Source: Pontiella sp.
GTDB taxonomy: Bacteria > Verrucomicrobiota > Kiritimatiellia > Kiritimatiellales > Pontiellaceae
Reading direction: 5' to 3'
Assembly: GCA_050290185.1 (NCBI GenBank)
Contig: JBNKHE010000002.1
Coordinates: 288,001 to 352,000 of the forward strand
Length of the DNA stretch: 64,000 nucleotides
Notes under the pieces: model-generated
Seen by the model: the letters and a program-made list of their open reading frames with translations, nothing else
Told to the model about the DNA's origin: nothing
Database searches by the model: none
Shown here: piece after piece, positions 10,673 through 19,190 of the stretch
How positions within the stretch are numbered: position 1 is the stretch's first letter
How the letters are laid out: each line of letters starts with the position of its first letter
Translations under genes and position numbers: made by a program

Positions 10673-10841
10673 TAGCCACAGATGAACACGGATTGACACG
10701 GATTTTCTTTGGGGGAATTTAGAAAACGAAGCGCTTAAACTTTACCCCATCGCGCCCAAAGTTGATCAGCAAGCCAACCTTGTGATTGGAAGCCCGGAGC
10801 TCGTTCAGCCATCCGAGTTAATCCGTATTTGTCCGTGGCTA
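10673..10841. mobile_element. Internally deleted GxxExxY element (inverted repeats plus 3' gene remnant)
   Basis: 31-bp imperfect IRs at 10673-10703 and 10811-10841 (25/31 complementary) enclose a GxxExxY C-terminal fragment. Confidence 0.75.
10719..10808 (-). pseudogene. 3' remnant of a GxxExxY gene
   Basis: Minus-strand translation LNELRASNHKVGLLINFGRDGVKFKRFVF* matches the GLLINF...KR terminus of the intact paralog at 34992-35363; no start codon. Confidence 0.8.
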
Positions 10842-11393
10842 CTACAAGGCTTGCTTGGTTTCCTTGACGAGGCGTTTGAGCTTGCCGCCAAGTGCGACCT
10901 TCTTGACGTGCGACATGCGGTCGACGAGCAGAACGCCATCCAGATGATCAAGCTCGTGCTGAATCGCACGGGACAGCAATCCCTTGGCATGGATTTTCAC
11001 GGTGTGGCCTTCGAGGTCCATGTATTCCGCATCGACCTCATACCAGCGCTCCACGTTGGCAAAGATTTCGGGGAAGCTAAGACAGCCTTCGGGGCCGACC
11101 TGCACGTCCTCCGTATGGCCGGTGATCTTTGGATTGATCAGGATCATGGGCATGGAAATGTCCGGATTCTCGCGCTGGCCGGCTTCATCGGTATCGCTTT
11201 CCGGCGGAATATCGATCACGAACATGCGCTCGGTGCGGCCGACCTGCTCAGCGGCGAGGCCGACGCCACGCTCCTCGTACATGGTTTCGAGCATGTCCTT
11301 CGCCAGCTCGTGGATTTCGCCGGTTATTTCAGTAACTTCCTCGGCCTTCTTGCGAAGGATCGGATTTCCGTATGTGCAAATGGATAAACTCAT
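10842..11393 (-). CDS. def: Peptide deformylase
   Basis: GVGLAAEQVG, EGCLS, QHELDHLDG; ATG at 11393. Confidence 0.96.
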   Translation of the reverse strand: MSLSICTYGNPILRKKAEEVTEITGEIHELAKDMLETMYEERGVGLAAEQVGRTERMFVIDIPPESDTDEAGQRENPDISMPMILINPKITGHTEDVQVGPEGCLSFPEIFANVERWYEVDAEYMDLEGHTVKIHAKGLLSRAIQHELDHLDGVLLVDRMSHVKKVALGGKLKRLVKETKQAL

Positions 11394-11427
11394 AGGCGCT
11401 AGGTTTTCGTTAAGATGGCGCGGGATG

Positions 11428-12432
11428 TCAATTGAATTTGAATGGAGGCCGGTGCAACCCGTTTTCCGTAACGATGCCGGCAATCAGCTCGTTCGGCGTT
11501 ACGTCGAAGGCCGGGTTGTAGCCCCGAACGCCCTCCGCCGCCCCGATTTCCGCAGGGTCGCGCTGCTCGATGGGAATTAGATCGCCGGTCGCCAGCGAGG
11601 TGTCGATGGTCGAGGTCGGCGCGGCCACATAAAACGGAATGTTATGGTACTTTGCCAGCACGGCCAGCCCGTAGGTGCCGATCTTATTGGCGGCATCGCC
11701 GTTGGCTGCAATCCGGTCAGAACCGACGATAACCATATCGATCTTCCCCTCCTTCATCACCTGCGCCGCCATGCTGTCACAGATCGTCACTACGTCGATG
11801 CCGCCCCGTTGCAGCTCCCAAGCGGTCAGGCGCGAGCCCTGCAGTAACGGCCGGGTTTCGTCGGAATAAACCGTAAATTTCCGTCCTTCGGCATGCGCAA
11901 CATACATCGGCGCAAGTGCGGTACCGAAATCGCCCGTCGCCAACGCCCCCGCGTTGCAGTGCGTCAGAATGCCCAGTCCTTCCTTGATCAAGGGCGCGCC
12001 ATGCTCGCCAATGGCCTGACACATTTGAATGTCTTCTTCCAGAATCGACAACGCCTCCCGAATTAAATCATCCATGCAAGTGCACTTCCGACAGCGGTCC
12101 AACGCCCAAAACAGGTTTACCGCCGTTGGACGCGAAGCCGCGAGCTGATCGGCCAATGCGTTGATTCCTTCGGAGAAATCGCCATCCAGATGCTGGGCGC
12201 AAGCCGCCAATCCCAGCGCGGCGGCGCAGCCGATGGCCGGGGCACCCCGAACCGAAAGCCGCTTGATCGCTGAAACGATTTCTTCGACATCGTCGAGTTC
12301 GAGATAAACCAACTCCTGCGGCAGGCGGGTTTGGTCGATGATCCGCAGCTTGCCGGGCAACAGCTTCACGCCCTCTTCACTGCCAGCGAGCACCTGTCCT
12401 TCGGTAGTTATCCAGCGTACGGTTTCCAACAT
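11428..12432 (-). CDS. mtnA: S-methyl-5-thioribose-1-phosphate isomerase
   Basis: DQTRLP, VRGAPAIG, SRPTAVNL, LTHCNAGALAT, ETRPLLQGSRLTAWEL, DRIAANGDAANKIGTY, NPAFDVTP; ATG at 12432. Confidence 0.95.
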   Translation of the reverse strand: MLETVRWITTEGQVLAGSEEGVKLLPGKLRIIDQTRLPQELVYLELDDVEEIVSAIKRLSVRGAPAIGCAAALGLAACAQHLDGDFSEGINALADQLAASRPTAVNLFWALDRCRKCTCMDDLIREALSILEEDIQMCQAIGEHGAPLIKEGLGILTHCNAGALATGDFGTALAPMYVAHAEGRKFTVYSDETRPLLQGSRLTAWELQRGGIDVVTICDSMAAQVMKEGKIDMVIVGSDRIAANGDAANKIGTYGLAVLAKYHNIPFYVAAPTSTIDTSLATGDLIPIEQRDPAEIGAAEGVRGYNPAFDVTPNELIAGIVTENGLHRPPFKFN

Positions 12433-12501
12433 AGAGATATTCCTTTCCTTACGGAATCGCGCTATACCATTCCGCAAAGCGCAAGCGAAGGAAAGGGAGA
12501 A

Positions 12502-13134
12502 ATGAACGAGCAAAAACAAGCCGTAGCCGACTGCATGAACCGTCTCTACCGGCAGGGGCTGACCACCACCTCCGGCGGCAACATTTCCCTGCGCCTTTCC
12601 GAAGACCTCATCCTGCTCACCCCATCCGCCACCGACAAGGGCAACATGACGGCTGACCAGATTGCCGAGATCAGCATGGACGGCACGAACTATACTTCGC
12701 ACCTCAAACCCAGCGGCGAAACCTCGATGCACCTGGAAATCTACAAGCGCCGTCCCGATGTGCAGGCCATCGTCCACGCCCATCCGCCGATGGCCAGCGT
12801 GTTTGCCGTGATCGACAAACCGCTCAATGTCCGCCTGATTGCGGAATCGTACGCCATTCTCGGCACGCCCGCCATCGCGCCCTATGCGCTGACCGGAACG
12901 CAGGAGCTGGCGGATGCCGTGGCCGCTTGCCTAACCGGAAACACCGCCTGCGTCCTGATGAAAAACCATGGAGCTCTGTGTGTTGGCGGCAGCCTCCTCG
13001 AAGCCTTCGACCGCATGGAAGTGCTGGAAAACGCCGCCAAGATCAACCTCTTCGCCGCTCAGCTTGGCGGGGTGCATGAACTGAACGACGCGCAGTGCGC
13101 CGCGCTCGACGATTGGGTTGGACGCCATGGCTGA
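12502..13134 (+). CDS. Class II aldolase/adducin family protein (FucA-like)
   Basis: SGGNIS.R, TPS, KPSGETSMHLEIY, IVHAHP, LMKNHG; ATG 12502 follows AGGGAGA. Confidence 0.9.
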   Translation: MNEQKQAVADCMNRLYRQGLTTTSGGNISLRLSEDLILLTPSATDKGNMTADQIAEISMDGTNYTSHLKPSGETSMHLEIYKRRPDVQAIVHAHPPMASVFAVIDKPLNVRLIAESYAILGTPAIAPYALTGTQELADAVAACLTGNTACVLMKNHGALCVGGSLLEAFDRMEVLENAAKINLFAAQLGGVHELNDAQCAALDDWVGRHG

Positions 13135-15502
13135 CATCGTCCTCGCCGCGTTCAACGCCCGCTATGCGCACAGCTCCTTCGGCGCGCGCTACCTGCTCGC
13201 CAACCTTGGCGAAATGCAGGAACAGTCCGAACTGTTGGAGTTCGATCTCGCCGTCCAGCCGCGCATCGCCGTAGAAAAGATCCTCGCGCACCACCCGCGC
13301 ATCGTCGGTATCGGATGCTACATCTGGAACATTGACCTCGCCACCCAAGTCGCCGCCCTGCTTAAAGCCATCCGGCCCGACATCGCCCTCGTTCTCGGCG
13401 GCCCCGAAATCAGCTACGAAACCGAGCAGCAGGAAATCTTCACCTATGCCGACCACGTCATCTGCGGCGAAGGCGAAATCGAATTCCCGAAACTGTGCTC
13501 TGCTCTTTTATGCAGGCGGAACGCCTGCAATACAACGGATGTACCGCAGGCGTCCCGCCTGCCCCGCATCATCCACGCCGAGCCGGTGGATGTATCGCAG
13601 ATCGAGATGCCGTACGAGCTCTATACCGACGAAGACATCGCCCATCGAGCCATCTATGTCGAGGCCTCGCGCGGGTGCCCGTTCCGGTGCGAATACTGCA
13701 TGTCGTCGCTCGATCCGTGCGTGCGCTATTTCCCGAAGGAGCGGTTTCTCGCCGCGATGGGAAAACTGCTCGACCGTGGGGCCCGCACGTTCAAGTTTGT
13801 CGACCGCAGCTTTAATATCGACATCCCCTTCGCGCTGGAAATCCTCGCCTTTTTCCGCGAGCGCTACACGCCGGACATGATGCTCCATTTCGAAGTCATT
13901 CCCAGCCACCTGCCGGACGAACTGATGAATGCCGTCAAGGAATGCTCGCCCGGCATGCTCCAGTTCGAGATCGGCATCCAGACCTTCAACGAAGAGGTCG
14001 CCCACCGCATCCAGCGCCCGCTCAACATCGCAAGGGTCGAAGCCAACATGCGGCGGTTGCGCGCGGAAACGGGCGTGCATATCCATGCCGACCTGATTGC
14101 CGGCTTGCCCGGCGAAGATATGGAAAGCTTTGAAGACGGCTTCAACCGGCTGCTGTCGCTCAATCCACAGGAGATCCAGCTCGGCATTTTGAAGCGCCTG
14201 CGCGGTGCGCCGATCGACCGGCATACCCGTGACTGGGACATGGTCTACAGTCCGCACGCGCCCTACGAAATCCTGCAAACCAGTCTGATCTCCTTCGAGC
14301 AGATGCAACGCATCCAGCGTTTCGCGCGCTACTGGAACCTCACCGTCAACAACGGTCAATTCATCCAAACCGCCCCGCTGATTTGGCAAACCGTACCGCA
14401 GGCGTCCCGCCTGCCCGAGGAAGCCGTACCGACAGGTGATTGCGCGCAAGCAAGCAATCTTCGCCTGCCTCCCGAAACAACCGGATTCAATCCGCACCGG
14501 GAAATTCACCAAACTCGACGCAAACACTATCCCCACTGGACGCAGGATGATTCCACCTATTTCGTGACATTCCGGCTGGCTGATTCGATACCGCAGTCCC
14601 GCATAAAGGAATACGAGGAATTGCGCCGCAAATGGGAAGAACATCATCAACCGCCCTATTCGGAACAGGAACAGATCCGGTTTAACGAGCTGTTCTCAAA
14701 CCGAATCAATGAATGGCTGGATGAAGGCGCCGGCTCCTGCTGCCTGCGTGATCCGGAAATTTCGCGGATGGTGGCCGATACGCTGCGTCACTTCGATGGC
14801 GACCGCTACGACCTGGATGAATGGGTGGTCATGCCCAACCATGTTCATCTGCTGGTACGTCCCCGGGCAGGGCATGAACTTCCGGACATCCTGCATTCTT
14901 GGAAATCGTTTTCAGCCCACGCTATAAACACTTCTCTGAAGCGAACCGGAAAACTCTGGCAGACCGAAAGCTACGACCACATCGTTCGAAACATGGAAGA
15001 ACTGCACCGGATTCGAAGCTATATCCGGAAAAACCCGGAAAAGGCCGGCATTCGTGTTTCCCATGCGGGAAGCAGGCGGGACGCCTGCGATACAGCCCCC
15101 GAGCTGCAGGACGCCCCAGCCGTACCGACAGGTGATTGCGCGCAAGCAAGCAATCTCCGCCTGCCAGAGCAAACCGTACCGCAGGCGTCCCGCCTGCCAC
15201 AGGAGTCATCCCCATTCGCGGCCTTCATGCAGTGGAGCGACTGGCTCTATGCCCAAACCAACACCACCGGTAACCTGCACATGCTGCGGCTCGCCAAATT
15301 GCTGATGCAGTTTCTGACCAAGGAAAAAGGATTGGATCCACAAGCCGTGGCCGAAGCACTCTGGAACGACTACCAGCGTGGAAACCGCCCCGATATTCCC
15401 GGCTTCCTGAAAAAGTTTGGGTTTGGACAAGGCCGGCAAGATGCCGGCGGTACCAACGAACCACAGGCGTCTCGTTTGCCTCGTCAGTCGCGGCACTTGT
15501 AA
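13127..15502 (+). CDS. B12-binding radical SAM protein (DUF4080-type) interrupted in frame by a RAYT transposase domain and REP-derived peptides
   Basis: YIWN...VLGGPEISY...GEGE (B12-binding); YVEASRGCPFRCEYC; FKFVDRSFN; HADLIAGLPGE; continuous frame through the insert. Confidence 0.9.
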   Translation: MADIVLAAFNARYAHSSFGARYLLANLGEMQEQSELLEFDLAVQPRIAVEKILAHHPRIVGIGCYIWNIDLATQVAALLKAIRPDIALVLGGPEISYETEQQEIFTYADHVICGEGEIEFPKLCSALLCRRNACNTTDVPQASRLPRIIHAEPVDVSQIEMPYELYTDEDIAHRAIYVEASRGCPFRCEYCMSSLDPCVRYFPKERFLAAMGKLLDRGARTFKFVDRSFNIDIPFALEILAFFRERYTPDMMLHFEVIPSHLPDELMNAVKECSPGMLQFEIGIQTFNEEVAHRIQRPLNIARVEANMRRLRAETGVHIHADLIAGLPGEDMESFEDGFNRLLSLNPQEIQLGILKRLRGAPIDRHTRDWDMVYSPHAPYEILQTSLISFEQMQRIQRFARYWNLTVNNGQFIQTAPLIWQTVPQASRLPEEAVPTGDCAQASNLRLPPETTGFNPHREIHQTRRKHYPHWTQDDSTYFVTFRLADSIPQSRIKEYEELRRKWEEHHQPPYSEQEQIRFNELFSNRINEWLDEGAGSCCLRDPEISRMVADTLRHFDGDRYDLDEWVVMPNHVHLLVRPRAGHELPDILHSWKSFSAHAINTSLKRTGKLWQTESYDHIVRNMEELHRIRSYIRKNPEKAGIRVSHAGSRRDACDTAPELQDAPAVPTGDCAQASNLRLPEQTVPQASRLPQESSPFAAFMQWSDWLYAQTNTTGNLHMLRLAKLLMQFLTKEKGLDPQAVAEALWNDYQRGNRPDIPGFLKKFGFGQGRQDAGGTNEPQASRLPRQSRHL
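13512..13562. repeat. Intragenic inverted REP doublet (REPIN-like)
   Basis: GCAGGCGGAACGCCTGCAATAC-AACGGAT-GTACCGCAGGCGTCCCGCCTGC; read in frame as CRRNACNTTDVPQASRL. Confidence 0.85.
14386..15198 (+). mobile_element. REP-flanked RAYT (TnpA-REP, IS200-like Y1 HUH) cassette inserted in frame
   Basis: Domain ~14480-15049: YPHW, YFVTFRLADS, WVVMPNHVHLL (HUH, 14840-14848), WKSFSA, LWQTESYDHIVRN, YIRKNP (Tyr 15020); perfect 30-bp direct repeats at 14386-14415 and 15169-15198; long REP variants at 14426-14469 and 15122-15165; inverted REP at 15072-15093. Confidence 0.9.
15431..15480. repeat. Degenerate REP doublet in the 3' end of the radical SAM gene
   Basis: GGCCGGCAAGATGCCGGCGGTAC (reverse complement GTACCGCCGGCATCTTGCCGGCC) then CCACAGGCGTCTCGTTTGCC, again encoding PQASRL. 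Confidence 0.7.
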
Positions 15503-15532
15503 TGCCCGTTCATCTCATCTAGAAAGAACATC

Positions 15533-16393
15533 ATGACCGAAGAAAACAAGAACAGCGGCGGGCAACTGAGTCTACTGGTCGCCATGCAGAACGTTGAGCC
15601 CGTGTGCGAATGGGTGCGCGAAGCGCTGTGCAAGGAACCGATCGAAATGTTGCGACCATTGGCTGATGAGGCGCAGATCGAAGTCTATTTCGACTCCCTG
15701 CTCGAAGCGCAGATTGCGCAAAAGGCCCTACCGCCGGAACTGAACATTCTCGCCGCCGAAGCCAAGGAATATCTGGAGCAGGACTGGACCACCTTCTGGC
15801 AGCACCATTTCAAGACCATGGAACTGGGCCATAACCTGCGGATCGTGCCGGAATGGGAAGAAGCGCCCGAGGATGAGCGAATCAATATCATCATCAATCC
15901 CGGCCTAAGCTTCGGTACCGGAGGGCACTTTACCACCAAATTCTGTCTGGAGGCGCTGGAGCAGGCGGTACAGGAACTGAGGCCAGAAACCATGATCGAC
16001 GCCGGCACCGGCAGCGGGATCCTTTCCATCGCCGCCATCAAACTCGGCATCCCCGACATCGTGGCATTCGACTACGACCCGGTCTGCGTGGATCAATGCA
16101 ACGAGAATGCCGAACGCAACGGTGTGGAGGGAATGATCCACTTTTTCCAGGTCGACGTGCTGGAGCCGGGATGGAACGCCAAACCGGCCGATATCGTCTG
16201 CGCTAATATCCTGACCTCGGTGCTGCTCGACGCCGCGCCGCTGATCAAGCGCGCCGCAAAGAAACGTATCCTGCTCAGCGGCATCCGGGAAATCGAAGCC
16301 GATGCCGTTGCAGAAACCTTCATCCAGCTCGGAGGTCGCGAGGTCTCGCGCGATGGTGACGGGCAATGGTGCGGGCTGGTGATCGATGTCTAA
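15533..16393 (+). CDS. prmA: Ribosomal protein L11 methyltransferase
   Basis: DW..FW..HF, IVPEWE, INPGLSFGTGGHFTT, DAGTGSGILSIAA, ANIL, LSGI. Confidence 0.9.
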   Translation: MTEENKNSGGQLSLLVAMQNVEPVCEWVREALCKEPIEMLRPLADEAQIEVYFDSLLEAQIAQKALPPELNILAAEAKEYLEQDWTTFWQHHFKTMELGHNLRIVPEWEEAPEDERINIIINPGLSFGTGGHFTTKFCLEALEQAVQELRPETMIDAGTGSGILSIAAIKLGIPDIVAFDYDPVCVDQCNENAERNGVEGMIHFFQVDVLEPGWNAKPADIVCANILTSVLLDAAPLIKRAAKKRILLSGIREIEADAVAETFIQLGGREVSRDGDGQWCGLVIDV

Positions 16394-17342
16394 AAAACGC
16401 AAAAATAAAATCAGCAAGCGGACGCGTCTCGATGGCTATCTGGATCTTTTCATACTGGGTATTTTTACCGCCAGCCTGCTCGGACTCCTTGGACGGCTCA
16501 ACTGGTTTTTCGACCTGTTTTCGCACTTCCGGGTGCAGTACCTGCAACTTTGCCTCATCCCGTTTATCATTGCACTTTGGACACGGCGAAACAAACAAGC
16601 ATTGGCGCTGGTGGTGCTGGTGTGCTTTAACTATGTCTTTGTCCTCCCGCTCTACTTCGGCAAGCCTGCTCCGGCAACAGAGAAACCGATCCGTGCCATG
16701 TTAATGAACATCAACGCCGGCAACGGCAATACGGAGCAGGTGCTGGCGTCGATTGAAGGATTCGCCCCCGATGTCCTGCTGCTGGAGGAGGTGACCCCGA
16801 AATGGGTGCACGAGCTGGAATCGCTGAACGCGACGTATCCCTATCGCATCGCCGAGCCCCAGGAGGGTTGTTTCGGCATGATGCTGCTCAGCAAATATCC
16901 GCTCGAACACGGCAAAGTCGAGCTGATCGGAACAGCCGGTGTTCCTTCGGTCGTTGCCGAGTTGTATTCCCCTCAAGGCGTGATTTCCATCATTGGAACG
17001 CATCCCCTTCCGCCCGTCGGCGCCGAAGGTTCCCGGCAACGAAACATACAGTTGGAAGATCTTCCACGTATTGTGCATCAGCAAGAATATCCTGTACTGC
17101 TCATCGGTGATCTGAACACGACGCCGTGGTCGTCCCACTTTAAGAAACTACTGAATGAATCCGGCCTGAAAAACAGTATGAAGGGATTCGGGCACCAGCC
17201 CAGCTGGCCGGAAAACATGTGGTTCATGCGCATTCCGCTCGATCACATGCTGTATTCCGACGGCATCAAGATCCACAACCGTATGATTGGCCGTGATGTC
17301 GGTTCGGATCACTTTCCAGTGATCGTGGATTTTTCCCTATAG
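16386..17342 (+). CDS. Membrane-anchored endonuclease/exonuclease/phosphatase family protein
   Basis: N-terminal TM helices with LFSHFRVQY; DVLLLEE, GDLNTTPWS, IPLDHML, GSDHFPV. Confidence 0.88.
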   Translation: MSKKRKNKISKRTRLDGYLDLFILGIFTASLLGLLGRLNWFFDLFSHFRVQYLQLCLIPFIIALWTRRNKQALALVVLVCFNYVFVLPLYFGKPAPATEKPIRAMLMNINAGNGNTEQVLASIEGFAPDVLLLEEVTPKWVHELESLNATYPYRIAEPQEGCFGMMLLSKYPLEHGKVELIGTAGVPSVVAELYSPQGVISIIGTHPLPPVGAEGSRQRNIQLEDLPRIVHQQEYPVLLIGDLNTTPWSSHFKKLLNESGLKNSMKGFGHQPSWPENMWFMRIPLDHMLYSDGIKIHNRMIGRDVGSDHFPVIVDFSL

Positions 17343-17405
17343 CAAGGCGCCTCAATAAGATTCCATCTAAAAAGAGTGCATGGCTCCCTTTTCCTGTACA
17401 TGCCA

Positions 17406-17419
17406 TTGAACATGATTAA
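17406..17419. promoter_or_regulatory. Possible FNR/CRP-type box upstream of the cytochrome operon
   Basis: TTGAA-CATG-ATTAA matches 8/10 positions of TTGAT-N4-ATCAA, ~100 bp upstream of ATG 17522. Confidence 0.35.
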
Positions 17420-17521
17420 AACTATCACGTTGTAGGACGTGACGGGCGGCCATTCCGCCTGACGTGTTAATCGACTGCGGCCCATCCGCCCATCCTGCAT
17501 GCGTTAGCACCGGGGAAAAAC

Positions 17522-18454
17522 ATGAGTGGGCAACATCAGGGAAGCGGACCTCCGCGCGCGGACTATCGGCATGCATATCCGGTTTTTGTGATCGTCATTA
17601 TCCTGGCGATAGCAGGTCTGGCCGTACGGGCGCATCTTGTTCCGAACACGTTTGGCGAGACCGGATTCTACCGTGGTGGTGATATCACCGATGAACAGCA
17701 GCGCCAACCCCGCTATGCCGGGCAGGCCGCCTGCGAAGAATGCCATGACGATGTGACGGCCATACATGCCAAGGATGTGCACGCTTCCGTTCAATGCGAG
17801 ACCTGCCACGGTCCGGGTACAGCCCACATTGAAGATCTGGATAATACAATGTTTCCAGCCAACCGGAAAGAAGACTGCCTGGTATGCCACCGCCAGCTGG
17901 ACGCCCGGCCGGGCTCATTTCCGCAAGTGGTCTGGACCGAGCACTTCAAGTTTGTCGGTGTCACGGACACCAACATTGCCTGCGTACGCTGCCACTCTGG
18001 CCACGAACCGCTCTTCACGGACCATGATCTCCGCCAGGCACGCCTCCATCCGCTCATTCAGGACTGTGCCGACTGTCATATTGGCCTGACGGATGAACAG
18101 CTCAAGCAACCGGCCGATCATCCGCGAATCTTCCATTGCGCGGACTGCCATCCCACGATTTATGCTTCGTTCATGAAGGACGAACATCGCAGCATCTCCT
18201 GCACCACATGCCATCTCTTCATCAAGGAGAACAACTTCTCCGGACGGATTGTCCGCAACGCCGATCCGCGTTTCTGCCTGCTCTGCCATCGCAAGACCGA
18301 TTTCAAAGTCGAATCAGGCACGCCCAAGATCGACTGGCCGGACCATCTCGGAGAGGTATCGGACGATCCGCCCGACCCGAAGCGGTCCTGCGTGGACTGC
18401 CACATGTTCAACATCCACGACCTCTATCCCAAGGAGAACTCCCATGCCATGTAA
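17522..18454 (+). CDS. Membrane-anchored multiheme cytochrome c (9 CxxCH)
   Basis: CEECH, CETCH, CLVCH, CVRCH, CADCH x2, CTTCH, CLLCH, CVDCH; N-terminal hydrophobic helix. Confidence 0.9.
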   Translation: MSGQHQGSGPPRADYRHAYPVFVIVIILAIAGLAVRAHLVPNTFGETGFYRGGDITDEQQRQPRYAGQAACEECHDDVTAIHAKDVHASVQCETCHGPGTAHIEDLDNTMFPANRKEDCLVCHRQLDARPGSFPQVVWTEHFKFVGVTDTNIACVRCHSGHEPLFTDHDLRQARLHPLIQDCADCHIGLTDEQLKQPADHPRIFHCADCHPTIYASFMKDEHRSISCTTCHLFIKENNFSGRIVRNADPRFCLLCHRKTDFKVESGTPKIDWPDHLGEVSDDPPDPKRSCVDCHMFNIHDLYPKENSHAM

Positions 18455-19190
18455 CTGCAACTTGAACCGACGGAATCTGCTCCGGCGGACGGCGACCAGC
18501 GCCGGGGGACTGTTCATCCTGTGGACGCTCCCCGCTCTGGCATCCTTTAAGACCAACAAGAACAGGAAGGGCCCCTACTACGCCTATGCGGTAGATACCT
18601 CCCGTTGCATCGGCTGCTGCGCATGCATGCGCGCGTGTCGCGCGGAAAACGATGTGCCCGACAGCTACTTCCGGACCTGGGTCGAACGCTATCGTGTTCG
18701 TGCGAACGGCGAGGTCGAAGTCGATGTGGCCACGAAGGATGATTTTATCTTCAAGGAAGCAGAAAAGGAACATGTGGCTAAAGCCTTCTTCGTGCCCAAG
18801 CTATGCAACCACTGCGAACAGTCGGTCTGCGTCCAGGTCTGCCCCGTTGGAGCCACGTACAACACGCCGGACGGGGTGGTGCTGGTGGACCACAAACGAT
18901 GCATCGGGTGCGGATATTGCGTACAGGCCTGCCCGTACGGTTCCCGCTTCATCAACCCGGAAATCCACATGGCGGATAAATGCACCCTCTGCTACCACCG
19001 TATCAAGCGGGACTTGAAACCAGCCTGCGTGCAGGCCTGCCCCAAGCAGGCCCGCATCTTCGGAGACCTGAACAATCCGGACGACCCGCTCAGCATCATG
19101 CTTAAGCAACGCCGGTTTCGCCTATTGAAGCCGGAGATGGGCACCCATCCCAAATGCTACTATCTGGAACTCGACTTCGAGGTCGTATAA
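18444..19190 (+). CDS. Tat-exported 4Fe-4S protein (NrfC/DsrO/PsrB family)
   Basis: NRRNLL Tat-like motif; CIGCCACMRAC, CNHC..SVCVQVCP, CIGCGYCVQACP, KCTLC...PACVQACP. Confidence 0.92.
   Translation: MPCNCNLNRRNLLRRTATSAGGLFILWTLPALASFKTNKNRKGPYYAYAVDTSRCIGCCACMRACRAENDVPDSYFRTWVERYRVRANGEVEVDVATKDDFIFKEAEKEHVAKAFFVPKLCNHCEQSVCVQVCPVGATYNTPDGVVLVDHKRCIGCGYCVQACPYGSRFINPEIHMADKCTLCYHRIKRDLKPACVQACPKQARIFGDLNNPDDPLSIMLKQRRFRLLKPEMGTHPKCYYLELDFEVV

Noticed and set aside
14386..15198. Intein or self-splicing intron explanation for the in-frame insert
   Set aside because: No Hint-domain blocks, no His-Asn followed by Cys/Ser/Thr at the junction and no group I/II intron hallmarks; the boundaries are REP repeats.
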